Part shown: piece after piece, positions 28,095-38,603 of the stretch
Layout of the letters: each line of letters begins with the position of its first letter
Numbering within the stretch: position 1 is the first letter of the stretch
NCBI GenBank assembly: GCA_963716175.1
Contig: OY970296.1
Coordinates: forward strand, 32,001 to 96,000
Source: an uncultured Armatimonadetes bacterium
GTDB taxonomy: Bacteria > Armatimonadota > Hebobacteria > Hebobacterales > Hebobacteraceae
Direction of reading: 5' to 3'
DNA: 64,000 nucleotides
The notes under the pieces: generated by a model
What the model saw: the letters and a program-made list of their open reading frames with translations, nothing else
The model's database searches: none
Told to the model about the DNA's origin: nothing
Made by a program: the position numbers and the translations under genes

Positions 28095-29351
28095 TCATCT
28101 CGGGATGATCTCCACGGATGTGTCCTTGTCCATCACCCGCCCAATCCAGATGAGAGCATCATCGCCGACGGCCTGGGCTCTGAACTCAGACTCTGGCAAC
28201 TCCTTGCCGTTCCAGACTACCGTCACCGGCGGCCTCCCGAGATACAGCCTGAGCACCGGGTTGACGATGGGACGAGTGGGTGAGAACTGGATACGAACTG
28301 GACCTGCGGCCGACCCCCGGAAGCAGTAGGCCCGCTGGCTGTACGAGTACCCCTCGAAGAGGTGGGAACTCTCCACCTTGGCGCGTCCCAACCAGGAGCC
28401 GGCCAGCGATCTCGCCTCGTCCACCCCGCCGGTGACGGCGCCCGTCAGGAAGAGCCAGGAGCTCGGACGCGGCGGGGTCACGCCCCCGTAGCTGTAGCCG
28501 CAGTTCACGAAGGAGGTGTGTGTTGCACGAGTTTGTACCTCCTCATCCGTCGCGCGGACCCACCCGACGAACTCGCGGGAGTCGTTCGCCGGCCAGTGCG
28601 AGTAGTTAGAAGCACCAGGGAATGCATTCATCTGCGGATGTGGTCTGCCACACGCCTGGCAGTTCGCGTGCGGGAAGAGCAGCCGGTTGCGCGGGAAAGC
28701 GACGAAGGGGTTGGGATGATCGCGCAGGTGGACGACGCCGATGTACTCCGACCACTCCGCGATCTCCGGCTTCAGCTGGCAAAGCGCTTTGCCTTGATCG
28801 AACGGATGGGGCCACCTGATGTCGAGTCTCTCGCCCGCCAGGTTGGTCAGTGTGAAGCCCACTGGCTCAACGCAGTCCTCGGGTCGAACCCCTGGGCCGT
28901 TGATGAGGATGAACTCTTCGACCTCCCAGATTCCGGGGTTAAGGCCGTCAGACAGCTCATCACCCGGCCACCCGACTAGCTGGCGGACGGCGATCCCGTC
29001 CGGGAACACTCGATAGTACTCCTCGGAACGGGTGTTCCCATGGAAGACTCGATAGAGACTGTTGCAGAGAGCGTTCTTCCAGTGCACGGTGACGCGGGCC
29101 GGGCCGGACTCCGTGATGTGCGCTTCGCTGAAGCGGCAGTCCTTGTCCATGATGGCTTCGTAGCAGTGCGGGTCCTCCGGCGAACTCGTCTCGAACCATT
29201 CCGGCGTGAACCAGACATCGCCCCCCAGGTCGAAGCACGGCACAAACTGGGCCTTCTCCCAGAGGATGAGCCGCCAGGGATGGCCGGTCTCGACGATCAG
29301 TGCGTCACCCTCTGTGCCCCACAGCGCGAGCTTCTTGCGAAAGGCCTTCAT
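28095..29351 (-). CDS. Hypothetical protein, probably carbohydrate-related
   Basis: 418-aa ORF with GGAG RBS, first gene of the operon with the dehydrogenase and LacI. Confidence 0.7.
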   Translation of the reverse strand: MKAFRKKLALWGTEGDALIVETGHPWRLILWEKAQFVPCFDLGGDVWFTPEWFETSSPEDPHCYEAIMDKDCRFSEAHITESGPARVTVHWKNALCNSLYRVFHGNTRSEEYYRVFPDGIAVRQLVGWPGDELSDGLNPGIWEVEEFILINGPGVRPEDCVEPVGFTLTNLAGERLDIRWPHPFDQGKALCQLKPEIAEWSEYIGVVHLRDHPNPFVAFPRNRLLFPHANCQACGRPHPQMNAFPGASNYSHWPANDSREFVGWVRATDEEVQTRATHTSFVNCGYSYGGVTPPRPSSWLFLTGAVTGGVDEARSLAGSWLGRAKVESSHLFEGYSYSQRAYCFRGSAAGPVRIQFSPTRPIVNPVLRLYLGRPPVTVVWNGKELPESEFRAQAVGDDALIWIGRVMDKDTSVEIIPR

Positions 29352-29463
29352 CTCGGAGTCCCTCCAGAGTAGTTGGCCAGATCATATCACGGCGCCACGG
29401 CACTGCCGCCGCCCCCGCGTGCCCACGGAAACCGGTTCTCCTGCAAGGCCTATGGCCCTTTTC

Positions 29464-29510
29464 AGAAAACGATTACATCCAAGGATAACACGGCCGCTGC
29501 CCTATGTCAA
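29464..29510 (-). promoter_or_regulatory. Sigma70 promoter (TTGACA-17-TATCCT) followed by a LacI-type operator
   Basis: -35 at 29505-29510, -10 at 29482-29487, operator AGAAAACGATTACA at 29464-29477. Confidence 0.7.
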
Positions 29511-29524
29511 CCAATCGGGGTCGG

Positions 29525-31456
29525 TCACAAGAAGGGCATGTCAATGTTGAGAATCGCCCCGATCGTCATGCGCACGAACCCGATAAGCGACGAGCTCACT
29601 ATCATGCCAAGGAAGAACGGCAGCGCTCTGCGATACAGGCGGAGGCCGCCGTACCGCATGATGACTGCCTTCGCAAGCCAGGCGATGAAGATACCTGGCA
29701 GGTAGCAGTCCATCACCCAGGCTGAAGCGATCGGGAAGGCGACGGGATGCAACGGCCAGGCGTAGAAGCGCAGCTTCAGCGCCATGAGAACGCCGGTGCT
29801 CACAAGGCCTACAGCGACGGCGCCCAGGAGTGACGGGTTGGCGCCGCTGGTGGGATTCTCAAGCATGCTCGCCAACTGCACCGGCACCTGCCGCGCGTGG
29901 CCGCTTGCGAACGGGTCGGCGCCGGCCCGTGCCCCGATGTGGTAGAGCACATGCAATGAGGCCCAGAACAGAGAGGGCACGACGACCGCGGTCACGCCGA
30001 CCAGCACCCAGGGGAGCCGCCTCAACTCCATCCTCTGGGAATCGGCCAGCTTGTAGCTCTCGAGAGTCCAGGGCTGAGGGTTCTGAGCGAAGTGCATTGT
30101 GAACGGATATGACAGCCACAGCATCCCCTGGCCTCTAGGCGTGATGGCGGCGCTGCCGAAGAGCGCCGGCAAGAACTGGTTGGGTCCCATGCTCACCTGC
30201 TCGAACCCGGGTGGGCCGAGCTGAGCTCGGACCCGGGTGAGCACCAGTCCGATCAGCAACAGAGTCGCAACCCAGGCCACGCTGACCCAAGTGGCCATGC
30301 CGGCCCGCCCAAACGTGTAGCAGAGGAACCCGACTGCCACCGCCAGTGCCAGCATCGCGCCACGATAGCTCATCGCCTCCCGGCTATCATCAACGGGGGA
30401 CCTCAGCCCCAGGACCCTCCGACAGACCTGGACGATGTAGCGGCGGTCGAGCCACACCGCCACCACCAGCAGGGCGGCGAGTCCGCCCAGTGACTGCATG
30501 TCAATATAGGGGAATCCCGACGCAGTGTTCGTGGACCACGCGAACTGCGACGACACGATCAGCTCGGCCTTCCAGAAGAGGTTGAAGAACCACAGCGAAA
30601 ACGACAGGTCCAGCGGCATGAGATAGCTAAGGCCGATCAGGATCGGCCACACACCGACGCCTTTCCATCGGTACGCGTTCCAGGGGGGATGCTGGTCAAT
30701 CCATGGTCCCAGATCGAAGTAGAACGGGATGACCGGGACTGCAGGGAAAAACCCGTGGAGAGTCGCCATGGTTTCAAAGATCGCAACCAGGGCGAAGCCC
30801 GCCCACATTACCTTGTTGCGCGAGAGCTCATGGCGCTCTTCAGCGATCTGAAGCGGCACTGTCGTGATGGGGAACAAGAGCCTCTCGTCGTCCACCCAGC
30901 GCCTTCGGAAGAGCGAGCTGAGAGAGACGAAGCACAGCATCAAAGCTGTCGCAACCCCGGTCCACCACACGGCAGGGACGGCCCATGCGAGGAGGACGCT
31001 CGCCGCATACGGATTGGCCTCCCCCTCGTAGAAGCCTTGGAGAACGTCCAGGTTCGATACCGTGAGCCAGCTTGGCAAGTTGGGCCAGAGGAGGTCGGCC
31101 CAGCGATTGCCCGGATTGGCAAACCAGAACGAGCCCGATATGGCCTCCGGCAAGGGGATCAGCAGGTCCACCCCGCACCAGGCGGTGGACACCGACAGCA
31201 TGACGTATATGGTGAGCAGCTCTCCCAGGGAGAAGGCGAGCTTGGGCCGCCTACGGCGGAGAAGGGCATTGATGCCGGCGAGCGCGAAGAGGTAGAAGAC
31301 GCAGTTGTAGTAGATCGGATACGGCGTGCCGGCGTCGTTGCCGAACCGCCAGTAAGTCAGGACCATCCAGTACGTGTTGAGCGGGATCCCCACGAGCCCG
31401 ATCATCACCGCCCGGAAGCTCACGGCCGGCCTTCTGCGGATGCCCTCTCCGGCCAA
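29525..31456 (-). CDS. DUF6785/DUF6784-like polytopic membrane protein, copy 2 (putative transporter)
   Basis: Many TM segments; GELLTIY, WVDDERLLFP, WPLHPVAF, YGGLRLYRRALPFFLG. Confidence 0.8.
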   Translation of the reverse strand: MAGEGIRRRPAVSFRAVMIGLVGIPLNTYWMVLTYWRFGNDAGTPYPIYYNCVFYLFALAGINALLRRRRPKLAFSLGELLTIYVMLSVSTAWCGVDLLIPLPEAISGSFWFANPGNRWADLLWPNLPSWLTVSNLDVLQGFYEGEANPYAASVLLAWAVPAVWWTGVATALMLCFVSLSSLFRRRWVDDERLLFPITTVPLQIAEERHELSRNKVMWAGFALVAIFETMATLHGFFPAVPVIPFYFDLGPWIDQHPPWNAYRWKGVGVWPILIGLSYLMPLDLSFSLWFFNLFWKAELIVSSQFAWSTNTASGFPYIDMQSLGGLAALLVVAVWLDRRYIVQVCRRVLGLRSPVDDSREAMSYRGAMLALAVAVGFLCYTFGRAGMATWVSVAWVATLLLIGLVLTRVRAQLGPPGFEQVSMGPNQFLPALFGSAAITPRGQGMLWLSYPFTMHFAQNPQPWTLESYKLADSQRMELRRLPWVLVGVTAVVVPSLFWASLHVLYHIGARAGADPFASGHARQVPVQLASMLENPTSGANPSLLGAVAVGLVSTGVLMALKLRFYAWPLHPVAFPIASAWVMDCYLPGIFIAWLAKAVIMRYGGLRLYRRALPFFLGMIVSSSLIGFVRMTIGAILNIDMPFL

Positions 31457-31509
31457 TTCCCAGCCTCCCGTGCACGCTCCCAGCGACTCGCTGGCGCAGT
31501 ACCGACTCA

Positions 31510-31625
31510 GGAAATCGTTATCATGGGTTCGGCTGCTATCCCAATAGTCCTCCTCTCGCGTTGCATGAGCGGTGGAAGGAGTCTATCTTCCCGCGTCCAA
31601 CAGAGAGGGGATGAAATCGTTGTCA
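31510..31625. promoter_or_regulatory. Two LacI-type operators and a + strand promoter between divergent genes
   Basis: GGAAATCGTTATCA (31510-31523), TGAAATCGTTGTCA (31612-31625), TTGCAT-17-TATCTT (31561-31589). Confidence 0.7.
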
Positions 31626-31706
31626 TGGGCGCGAGGGCTGGCGGGCGTGCCGCTCACCGTCGCGGGGCCGCGCGAGGGTCGAACACCGACGGGGAGGCTG
31701 TTATCG

Positions 31707-33543
31707 ATGGAGTGGTACAGAGATGTGCAGTTTATAGCTGCCGTGCCGATGCCTGTGGAGTGGGCGAAAGAATTCGGGACGACAGTCAACGGGATGTGGG
31801 ATGACCCGGCTCGCTGGAACCGGTCGGCGGTGGAGCAGGCGCATAGAGAAGGGCGTCGCGTGCTCGTGTCCGTCCCGCTCATCGCGCTGACCAGTCGCTA
31901 CTATGAGCGCGACGATGAGCGGTATCTCCTGGATGAAGCCTGCCGGGACATCCTCGGGAATCCGGCCGAGGTCAAATGGTACTACTGGGATCCGAAGCCG
32001 GTCTACTCCATGTGCATCTACAGCAGGACATTCCGCGATTACCTACTGGAGAAGTGCCGCACGGCAGCAGCTGCCGGAGTGGATGTGGTCAACCTGGATG
32101 AGATCAACACCAGCATCGGCCTTATGTCCCGCGGTCCTAAAGGCTCGGGGTTCTGTCCGCGCTGCCTCGAGCGGTACTGCCAGTATCTCGAGGGCGATGC
32201 TGCCGCGCGCGGTCGCGCCGGGGTGGGCAGCGCCAGCGACTTTCGCAAGCATGACTACAGTCTCCTCCTCCAGCATCTGCGCGAGGACGAGGCGCTATAC
32301 CAGGAGTATGTCTCCTACCACGAGCGGGCTGCCTTCAAGACGATCCAGGACTTCATAGGCGAACTGCGCTCCGTGGCCGGCAATGGGCCTGACGCGATGG
32401 CGATCACCGCCAACCTCGCCGGGCTGGGCGCGTTCCTGGAAGGGCAGAACAGACTCTGGGGCGCACAGTGGAGCGAGCTGATCGATTTCGTCCTGATGGA
32501 GAACATCTACCTGGCCGACTCGCGGGAGTTCCACGGTGAGCCTCGTCACCTGCTCCTTCCTCGAGGGAAGTTCCTGGCCACATACCGGCTGGCCTCCTCC
32601 TTCGCCTCGCGGGCCCCGGCCTGGGTGACCCCGCAGATCTACGTGCCCAAGCAGTTAGCTGGGAGGAGGAGCCTCAATTACTACTTGCTGATGTTCCTGG
32701 AGGCCTATGCCAACAACGGCCGCTGGGGCTATTACTGGTGGCCAGGTGTGGATGCGGAGGCACGGCGTGCAGCGACCGCGCCGGAAGCACTCAAGGACTA
32801 CACCCGATTCATACGCGATCATCGGGGCTACTACGAACGGTGCACGACGGCGAACGAGCTCGTGGTGATCTATGCGAACTCGGCTGTGCTGGCGAATCCG
32901 AAGGGCCACCTCAAGTATCTGGCGCTGGCCCAGGCCCTGGCAGAAGCGGGCTACCAGTACGACGTGCTCTACTCGGGCGACGACATCTTCACCCCCAGCC
33001 GGCTGGACGCAGAGACGCTGGACAGGTATCGAGCAGTGCTCGTTCCGGAGGCTGGTAACCTCTCGGCGGACCAGCGCGAGGCACTGAGGGCCTACGCTCA
33101 GAGAGGGGGACGGGTGATCTTCTACTCGGCGAATGCGGTTGGCCCCAGTTCGCGGATCGCCACCTTCACCGATGATCGTCTCATGGACTTCTGGCGTGAG
33201 TACAAGGACCACCAGCGCCTGAGCATAGTGGCTCCGCTGGAAGACCTGGGCAGCGCACGTGTTCTGACCTCTGACCCGAACGTGAGCGTAGTCGTGTACC
33301 GGAAGCAGAGCGCCCTCATCTGCCACGTGCTGAACTATGACTACCGGGAGGGGGATGACACCGATCGCGCTGAAGCGGGACATCGAGATCAGCCTGCCGT
33401 GGTCAGGGCGCGAGGCGCAGCGCACCGTTCGCTGGTTGTCCTTGCAGGGGGAGGAGGAGGTCGCCGGCCGCGTGAAGGGCGGCCGTCTGAGATTCACCAT
33501 CCCCTCAGTTGATGCCTACGGGCTAGCGATAGTCGGGAGCTGA
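31707..33543 (+). CDS. Glycoside hydrolase-like TIM barrel with beta-galactosidase trimerisation-like domain (C-terminal frameshift near 33363)
   Basis: VNLDE, FCPRC, YQYDVL...YRAVLVP; last ~60 aa continue in ORF 33337-33543. Confidence 0.65.
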
Positions 33544-33551
33544 AAACCACA

Positions 33552-33577
33552 GGCGGAGCGCCGTGCGGCGCTCCGCC
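33552..33577. terminator. GC-rich hairpin between convergent genes
   Basis: GGCGGAGCGCCG-TG-CGGCGCTCCGCC. Confidence 0.55.
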
Positions 33578-33627
33578 CGCTCAACTGCAGACCCGTTGCC
33601 TGGCCTCCAGCGAGAGGCCTGGCGGGC

Positions 33628-34727
33628 CTAGTAAAGCACGCCAACGTCCGGGTAGCAGTAATTCGGAGCCAGTCCGCCCGTGTCAGCGGAGCTCGTGGGT
33701 CCCATGATACTGACCCCCTGGATACCCCTGTTGACGAGTGATCCCCCGAAGCAACCGCAGCTATAGCGCGGCGATTGAGCAAGGATACTCTCGCTGCTAA
33801 ACCAGGAAGCGTGGCCGTCGAGGAATCCCACGTTGCTGCCGCCCAGGTGGCGAGCCCGGTCCTTGCGATTCTGCGGGTCCCTAATCATATCGAACTGCTT
33901 CCCACAGGTCTGGGTCCAGCTGCAGTTCGACCAGTCGGCCTGCCAGCAAGGGCAAGCCAGGGCACAGAGGTCAGGATAGGCCAGCGACGCAGCGGAGATC
34001 AGCCCCGGGTTGGCGCCACCATCGGCCACGACAACAAACCAGGAGCTGTCACCAACCGCCGACGTCTTCAGTTCGGCCCCCCCTTTCCTGCCCACGAGGG
34101 GCCGTTGACCGCCATGTTCTGGACAAAGGCGCCGGTCTGCACACCGCCCTCGGCCCTGGTCGCACCATATTCCTGCTGGATGATCGAGTCGGTCACACTT
34201 CCACCCCAGCCGGAAGGCCACGATGTCATGCAGGGCCCGACGGGGCTGCTGTACCCCCACTGCCCTTCCGTGGCCTTCAGATACCCGAGCCAGTCCGGGA
34301 AGCGGATGATGAATGTAGCGCCATGGTCCGTGCGCGAGCTGGGGCATCGCCAGACATCGCGGTTCTTGATATACTCGTCCAAGACCACGGGCCAGCGCAG
34401 GTAGGGGTTGGCGTCCTCGAAGTCTCCCGTGTAGATGATCTCGCAGTCCTCGCCACCTGTTCCGCCCGCAGGGCCTCCGCCAGGCGCCGCGTCGAAGTAG
34501 TCGAATACGTCTGTGCGATGCTCGAGAGGCGGCAGCCGGTCGTAGTCCGTGAGGTACATCTGCACCGCCATGGCGATGTTCTTCACGTTCGAGAGGCACT
34601 GAATCTTGCGAGCCGATTCGCACGCTCGCGCGAACACAGGAAACAGCATGGCCGCGAGGATCGCTATGATCGCGATCACCACTAGCAGCTCGATCAAGGT
34701 GAAGCCCTTCTCGCCTCCTCGTCTCAT
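33628..34727 (-). pseudogene. Prepilin-type N-terminal cleavage / H-X9-DG protein, copy 1 (frameshift at G7 tract 34077-34083)
   Basis: G|[24 protein letters not shown] in one frame, RHLGGSNVGFLDGHA in another. Confidence 0.88.
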
Positions 34728-35101
34728 TGCGAACCTCCGGTGCCAAATGCAGAGTCTCTAACGAAGCTTTTCGCCATGATAGACCAGAACTCACGTGGCC
34801 GCGCCACCGCGGCCTCGAGCGAGTTCTGATCCATCTGAGATGCGCCGAGGTGAGCACCCAAAGATGGGACGACCCACTGCTCTCCTCACCACCTCCTTAC
34901 CGCCGGACATGCTGTGCTCGGCGTTCCCGCCTTCCCTACAGCACGCCGCCTTCCACCCCGTCGCCCCTACCTAGGGCTTGGCTGGACCTCCGATCCGGCT
35001 GGTGCGACCTCGCCCGAACCCTTCAGCCATGAGCCAAAGCCGATAGACGGCTCTGCAGCACATGGACCGACAGCGCATGCGTCACAAGCTGTCCCTCAAC
35101 C

Positions 35102-35157
35102 TTGACGTTCAGGCCGGGTGGCGCTAGTATGATAACGATTTCATACCGGGTCGTCAA
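35102..35157. promoter_or_regulatory. Overlapping divergent sigma70 promoters sharing one LacI-type operator
   Basis: + TTGACG-17-TAGTAT (35102-35130); - TTGACG-17-TATCAT (35157-35129); palindrome GTATGATAACGATTTCATAC (35127-35146). Confidence 0.8.
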
Positions 35158-35438
35158 GGGGGTCGTACGGATCTGGGCGGGGATGGCGCTGAGTTGCGAG
35201 ACGGGGAGCTCGGGGCTGTCCCTGGGAGGCGGGTCGCTACCTGCCGCAGGAGGACCATCCCGGTGACCACGAGGGAACAGGTGGGCGACTGTGGCAGGGC
35301 TGCGGGGGAGAGCGCGTCGAACTGGGCGAGGGACCTGATCGCCAGATCGTGGCTGCGTCAGTTGCCTCGGCGAGACCTCCACCGCGCTCTTGCTGGGCGA
35401 GAAGTCTCGTTGAGTTCTACACGAAAGGAGCGGGAGCG

Positions 35439-36863
35439 ATGAAAGTCGCGGTGATCGGTGCAGGGAGCATTGTGTTTGCGAAGACGCTGCTCAACGACAT
35501 GCTGGCGACGCCGGCCCTATCGGGGGGCGAGTACGCACTGATGAGCCGGACCGAGCCAAAGCTTCGGCGGATGGAGGCCTTCGCCCAGCGCATGGTCAAC
35601 GAGAACGGGTTGTCTGCCAAAGTCTGGGCGACGCTGGATCGGCGGGAGGCGATCCAGGACGCCGACTACGTGATCTGCATGATCCAGGTGGGGGGGATTG
35701 ATGCGTTCAAACTGGACTACGAGATCCCGCTGAAGTACGGGGTTGACCAGTGCATCGGCGACAGCCTGGGGCCGGGCGGCGTGATGCGGGCGGCGCGGTC
35801 TGTCCCGGTGCTGGTCGAGATGGCGAAGGACATTGACGAGGTGGCCAAGCCGGGCGCCATCTTGCTGAACTACACCAACCCCATGGGGATCTGCTGCTAT
35901 GCACTGGGTCGGTGGTCCAACGTCTCCTACATCGGGCTGTGTCATGGCGTGCAGACCACTCTCGATCTGATCTCCGGATACGTCGGGGTGCCGAAAGCCG
36001 AGATTGATTTCACGTGCGCCGGCATTAACCATATGGCCTGGTTCCTGAAGATAGAGCATAGAGGCAGGGACCTCTACCCGTTGTTCAAAGCGAACTGCGA
36101 GAGGCCTGAGTACTACGTCAACGAGAAGGTCCGCATTGAGGTGATGCGACACTTCGGCTACTTCATGACCGAGAGCACCGGCCATCTGTCCGAGTATGTC
36201 CCGTGGTTCCGCAGCAGCGAACGCGCGGTCAAGGAATTCTGCGACCAGCCGGCCTTCGGTGGGGAGTCCGGGGCCTACTATAGGTGGGGCGCGGCGGTGG
36301 CGGAGAAGTACGCCCGGGTTGACCCGCTTGAGTTCGAGTCGCCCAAGCTTCAGCCGCGCAGTGCCGAGTACTGCTCCTACGTGTTGGAGGCGAAGCAGAC
36401 GGGCGTGCCGTTCAAGCTCCAGGGGAACGTCAAGAACGAGGGCTGCATCACGAACCTGCCGCCCGGTTCCTGCGTCGAGGTGCCGGTCTATGTGGACAAG
36501 CAGGGCCTGCACCCGCTGCGGGTCGGGGATCTGCCTCCCCAGTGCGCCGCCCTGAACCAGAGCAACGTGACTGTGCAGGGCCTGGCCGGTGAGGGGGCAA
36601 TGGCGGGCGATCCTGAGCTGGTGATGCCGGCGATGGCGATGGACCCGTTGACATCGGCCTGCTGCACGTTGCGCGAGGTGCGCGAGATGGCGGGCGAGAT
36701 GATCGAGGCCGAGAAGCAGTGGCTACCGCAGTTTGCGGGCAAGAAGCTCCGGCCCACTCCGAGTATCCGCGTCCCCGCCGGCGTGAAGCCGGCCGAAGTC
36801 CCGCTGGATCCCGCGCTGGCCATCGGCAAGCGGTTCATGACGCTGATTCAGCAGAAGACGTGA
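35439..36863 (+). CDS. melA: GH4 alpha-galactosidase/alpha-glucosidase
   Basis: IGAGSIVF, DSLGPGG, NYTNPM, GLCHGV, AGINHMAW, TESTGHLSEY. Confidence 0.9.
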   Translation: MKVAVIGAGSIVFAKTLLNDMLATPALSGGEYALMSRTEPKLRRMEAFAQRMVNENGLSAKVWATLDRREAIQDADYVICMIQVGGIDAFKLDYEIPLKYGVDQCIGDSLGPGGVMRAARSVPVLVEMAKDIDEVAKPGAILLNYTNPMGICCYALGRWSNVSYIGLCHGVQTTLDLISGYVGVPKAEIDFTCAGINHMAWFLKIEHRGRDLYPLFKANCERPEYYVNEKVRIEVMRHFGYFMTESTGHLSEYVPWFRSSERAVKEFCDQPAFGGESGAYYRWGAAVAEKYARVDPLEFESPKLQPRSAEYCSYVLEAKQTGVPFKLQGNVKNEGCITNLPPGSCVEVPVYVDKQGLHPLRVGDLPPQCAALNQSNVTVQGLAGEGAMAGDPELVMPAMAMDPLTSACCTLREVREMAGEMIEAEKQWLPQFAGKKLRPTPSIRVPAGVKPAEVPLDPALAIGKRFMTLIQQKT

Positions 36864-36924
36864 GACGCTGAGCCGGTCCCGGCGGAGCCCTTTTGGGCGC
36901 TGACGGAGAGAAGGAGAAGATGCT

Positions 36925-37602
36925 GTGAGGCGCTCTGAGATCAACCGCTTGATGGATGAGTCGCTCGCGTTCGCGAAGTCACACGGTTTCCTGGTGCCGC
37001 CGTTCGCCGTCTGGTCGCCAGCGGAATGGCGAACGAAGGGACCCGAAGCGGATGAGATCCGAGACTGCATGCTGGGTTGGGACTTGACGGATTTCGGCTC
37101 GGGCGATTTCCACAGGGTCGGCCTCATAATGTTCACGATGCGCAACGGTCACCTCACAGACCCACGATACACCAAGCCGTATTGCGAGAAGATGCTGATC
37201 AGCGAGGAGCAGCAGGTGACACCCTTGCACTTCCACTGGAGCAAGAGCGAGGACATCATCAACCGGGGCGGCGGCGATCTCGCGGTGCAGCTCTACAGTT
37301 CGACGCCGGAGGAGGAGCTGGACGAACGCGACATTGCGGTCTCGGTGGACGGGTTGGTCCGTACTGTTCAGGCGGGCGGCATTATCATGCTGTCGCCTGG
37401 CGAGAGCATCTTCCTGCCCCATGGGCTGTACCACCAGTTCTGGGGCGAGAAAGGCAAAGTGTTGATAGGGGAGGTCTCCTCTATCAACGATGACAGAACC
37501 GACAACCGATTCCATCCGAAGGTGGGACGCTTCCCGGCGATTGAGGAGGATGAGCAGCCTAGGTATCCGCTGTTCTCGGAGTACCCGAGGCCTGCGAGAT
37601 GA
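36925..37602 (+). CDS. D-lyxose/D-mannose family sugar isomerase (cupin)
   Basis: LGWDLTDFG, KPYCEK, PLHFHWSKSEDIINRGGG, GEVSSINDD..DNRF. Confidence 0.9.
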   Translation: MRRSEINRLMDESLAFAKSHGFLVPPFAVWSPAEWRTKGPEADEIRDCMLGWDLTDFGSGDFHRVGLIMFTMRNGHLTDPRYTKPYCEKMLISEEQQVTPLHFHWSKSEDIINRGGGDLAVQLYSSTPEEELDERDIAVSVDGLVRTVQAGGIIMLSPGESIFLPHGLYHQFWGEKGKVLIGEVSSINDDRTDNRFHPKVGRFPAIEEDEQPRYPLFSEYPRPAR

Positions 37603-37666
37603 GCTCAACGGCGGGCCTGGCAGGACGGTATGCTTGCAGCCGTCACCGAGGATCAGGAGGTAGAAC

Positions 37667-38512
37667 GTGAGACTGGGCGGCCCTGTCTTTGTCGAGTCGA
37701 GCGATCCCGAGGTGATCGCGCGAGCACACCGCGCTCTCGGGTACAAGGCAGCGTACACTCCAGCCGGACTGCGTCTAGGAGAGAGCGACCGGGTCAGAGT
37801 GGTACGTGAGGCCTTCGCCAAGCATGACGTGATCATCGCCGAGACCGGGGTCTGGAACAACTTGATGGATCCCGACGAGAGCAAGCGCATGGCGAACCTT
37901 CAGGCGGTGACTGAGGGTCTCGCGCTCGCCGACGAGTTGGGCGCTCGGTGCTGTGTGAACATCGCGGGTGGGTTCAATGCGGACTTCTGGGCCGGCCCCA
38001 ACAGGAGGAACTTCTCTCAGATCGCCTTTGACCTCGCGGTTGAGAATGCGCGGAAGATCATTGATGCGGTGAGACCGAAGGCCGCCAAGTTCACGTACGA
38101 GATGATGCCGCACATGCTGCCCGACAGCGCGGACCGCTATCTCAAGCTGATCGAAGCTGTGGACAGGCCGGCCTTTGGGGTACACCTGGACATCGTAAAC
38201 GCGATAAACAGCCCCGAGCGCGCATACGATAGCGCGGCTGTCATCAAGAACTGCATCGAAAAGCTCGGGCGGTACGTGGTGTCCTGTCACCTCAAGGACG
38301 TCCTGCTCGAGAACGACATCACCGTCCGATTCAAGGAGGTTCCGCTGGGCGAGGGGGGCTTCGACATCGCCGCGTACCTCAAGGGGATCGCTGGGCTGGC
38401 GCAGCAGCCGCCGGCGATGCTGGAGCACTTGAGCACGCCCGCTGAATACGACCGGGCCCGCACATACGCACTGAAGCTCGCGCAGGACCTCGGGGTGGCT
38501 TTCGAGACCTGA
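37667..38512 (+). CDS. Sugar phosphate isomerase/epimerase
   Basis: YEMMP, VHLDIVN, CHLKD, MLEHL. Confidence 0.85.
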   Translation: MRLGGPVFVESSDPEVIARAHRALGYKAAYTPAGLRLGESDRVRVVREAFAKHDVIIAETGVWNNLMDPDESKRMANLQAVTEGLALADELGARCCVNIAGGFNADFWAGPNRRNFSQIAFDLAVENARKIIDAVRPKAAKFTYEMMPHMLPDSADRYLKLIEAVDRPAFGVHLDIVNAINSPERAYDSAAVIKNCIEKLGRYVVSCHLKDVLLENDITVRFKEVPLGEGGFDIAAYLKGIAGLAQQPPAMLEHLSTPAEYDRARTYALKLAQDLGVAFET

Positions 38513-38603
38513 GTCGCTGCCTTCCGTTCACAATGGCCGTCGTCCAGTCTGTGGGCGTGGCAGTGCCCAGGCTCGCGGAGGCGGTTGTGTCGAGAGCCCG
38601 CGG

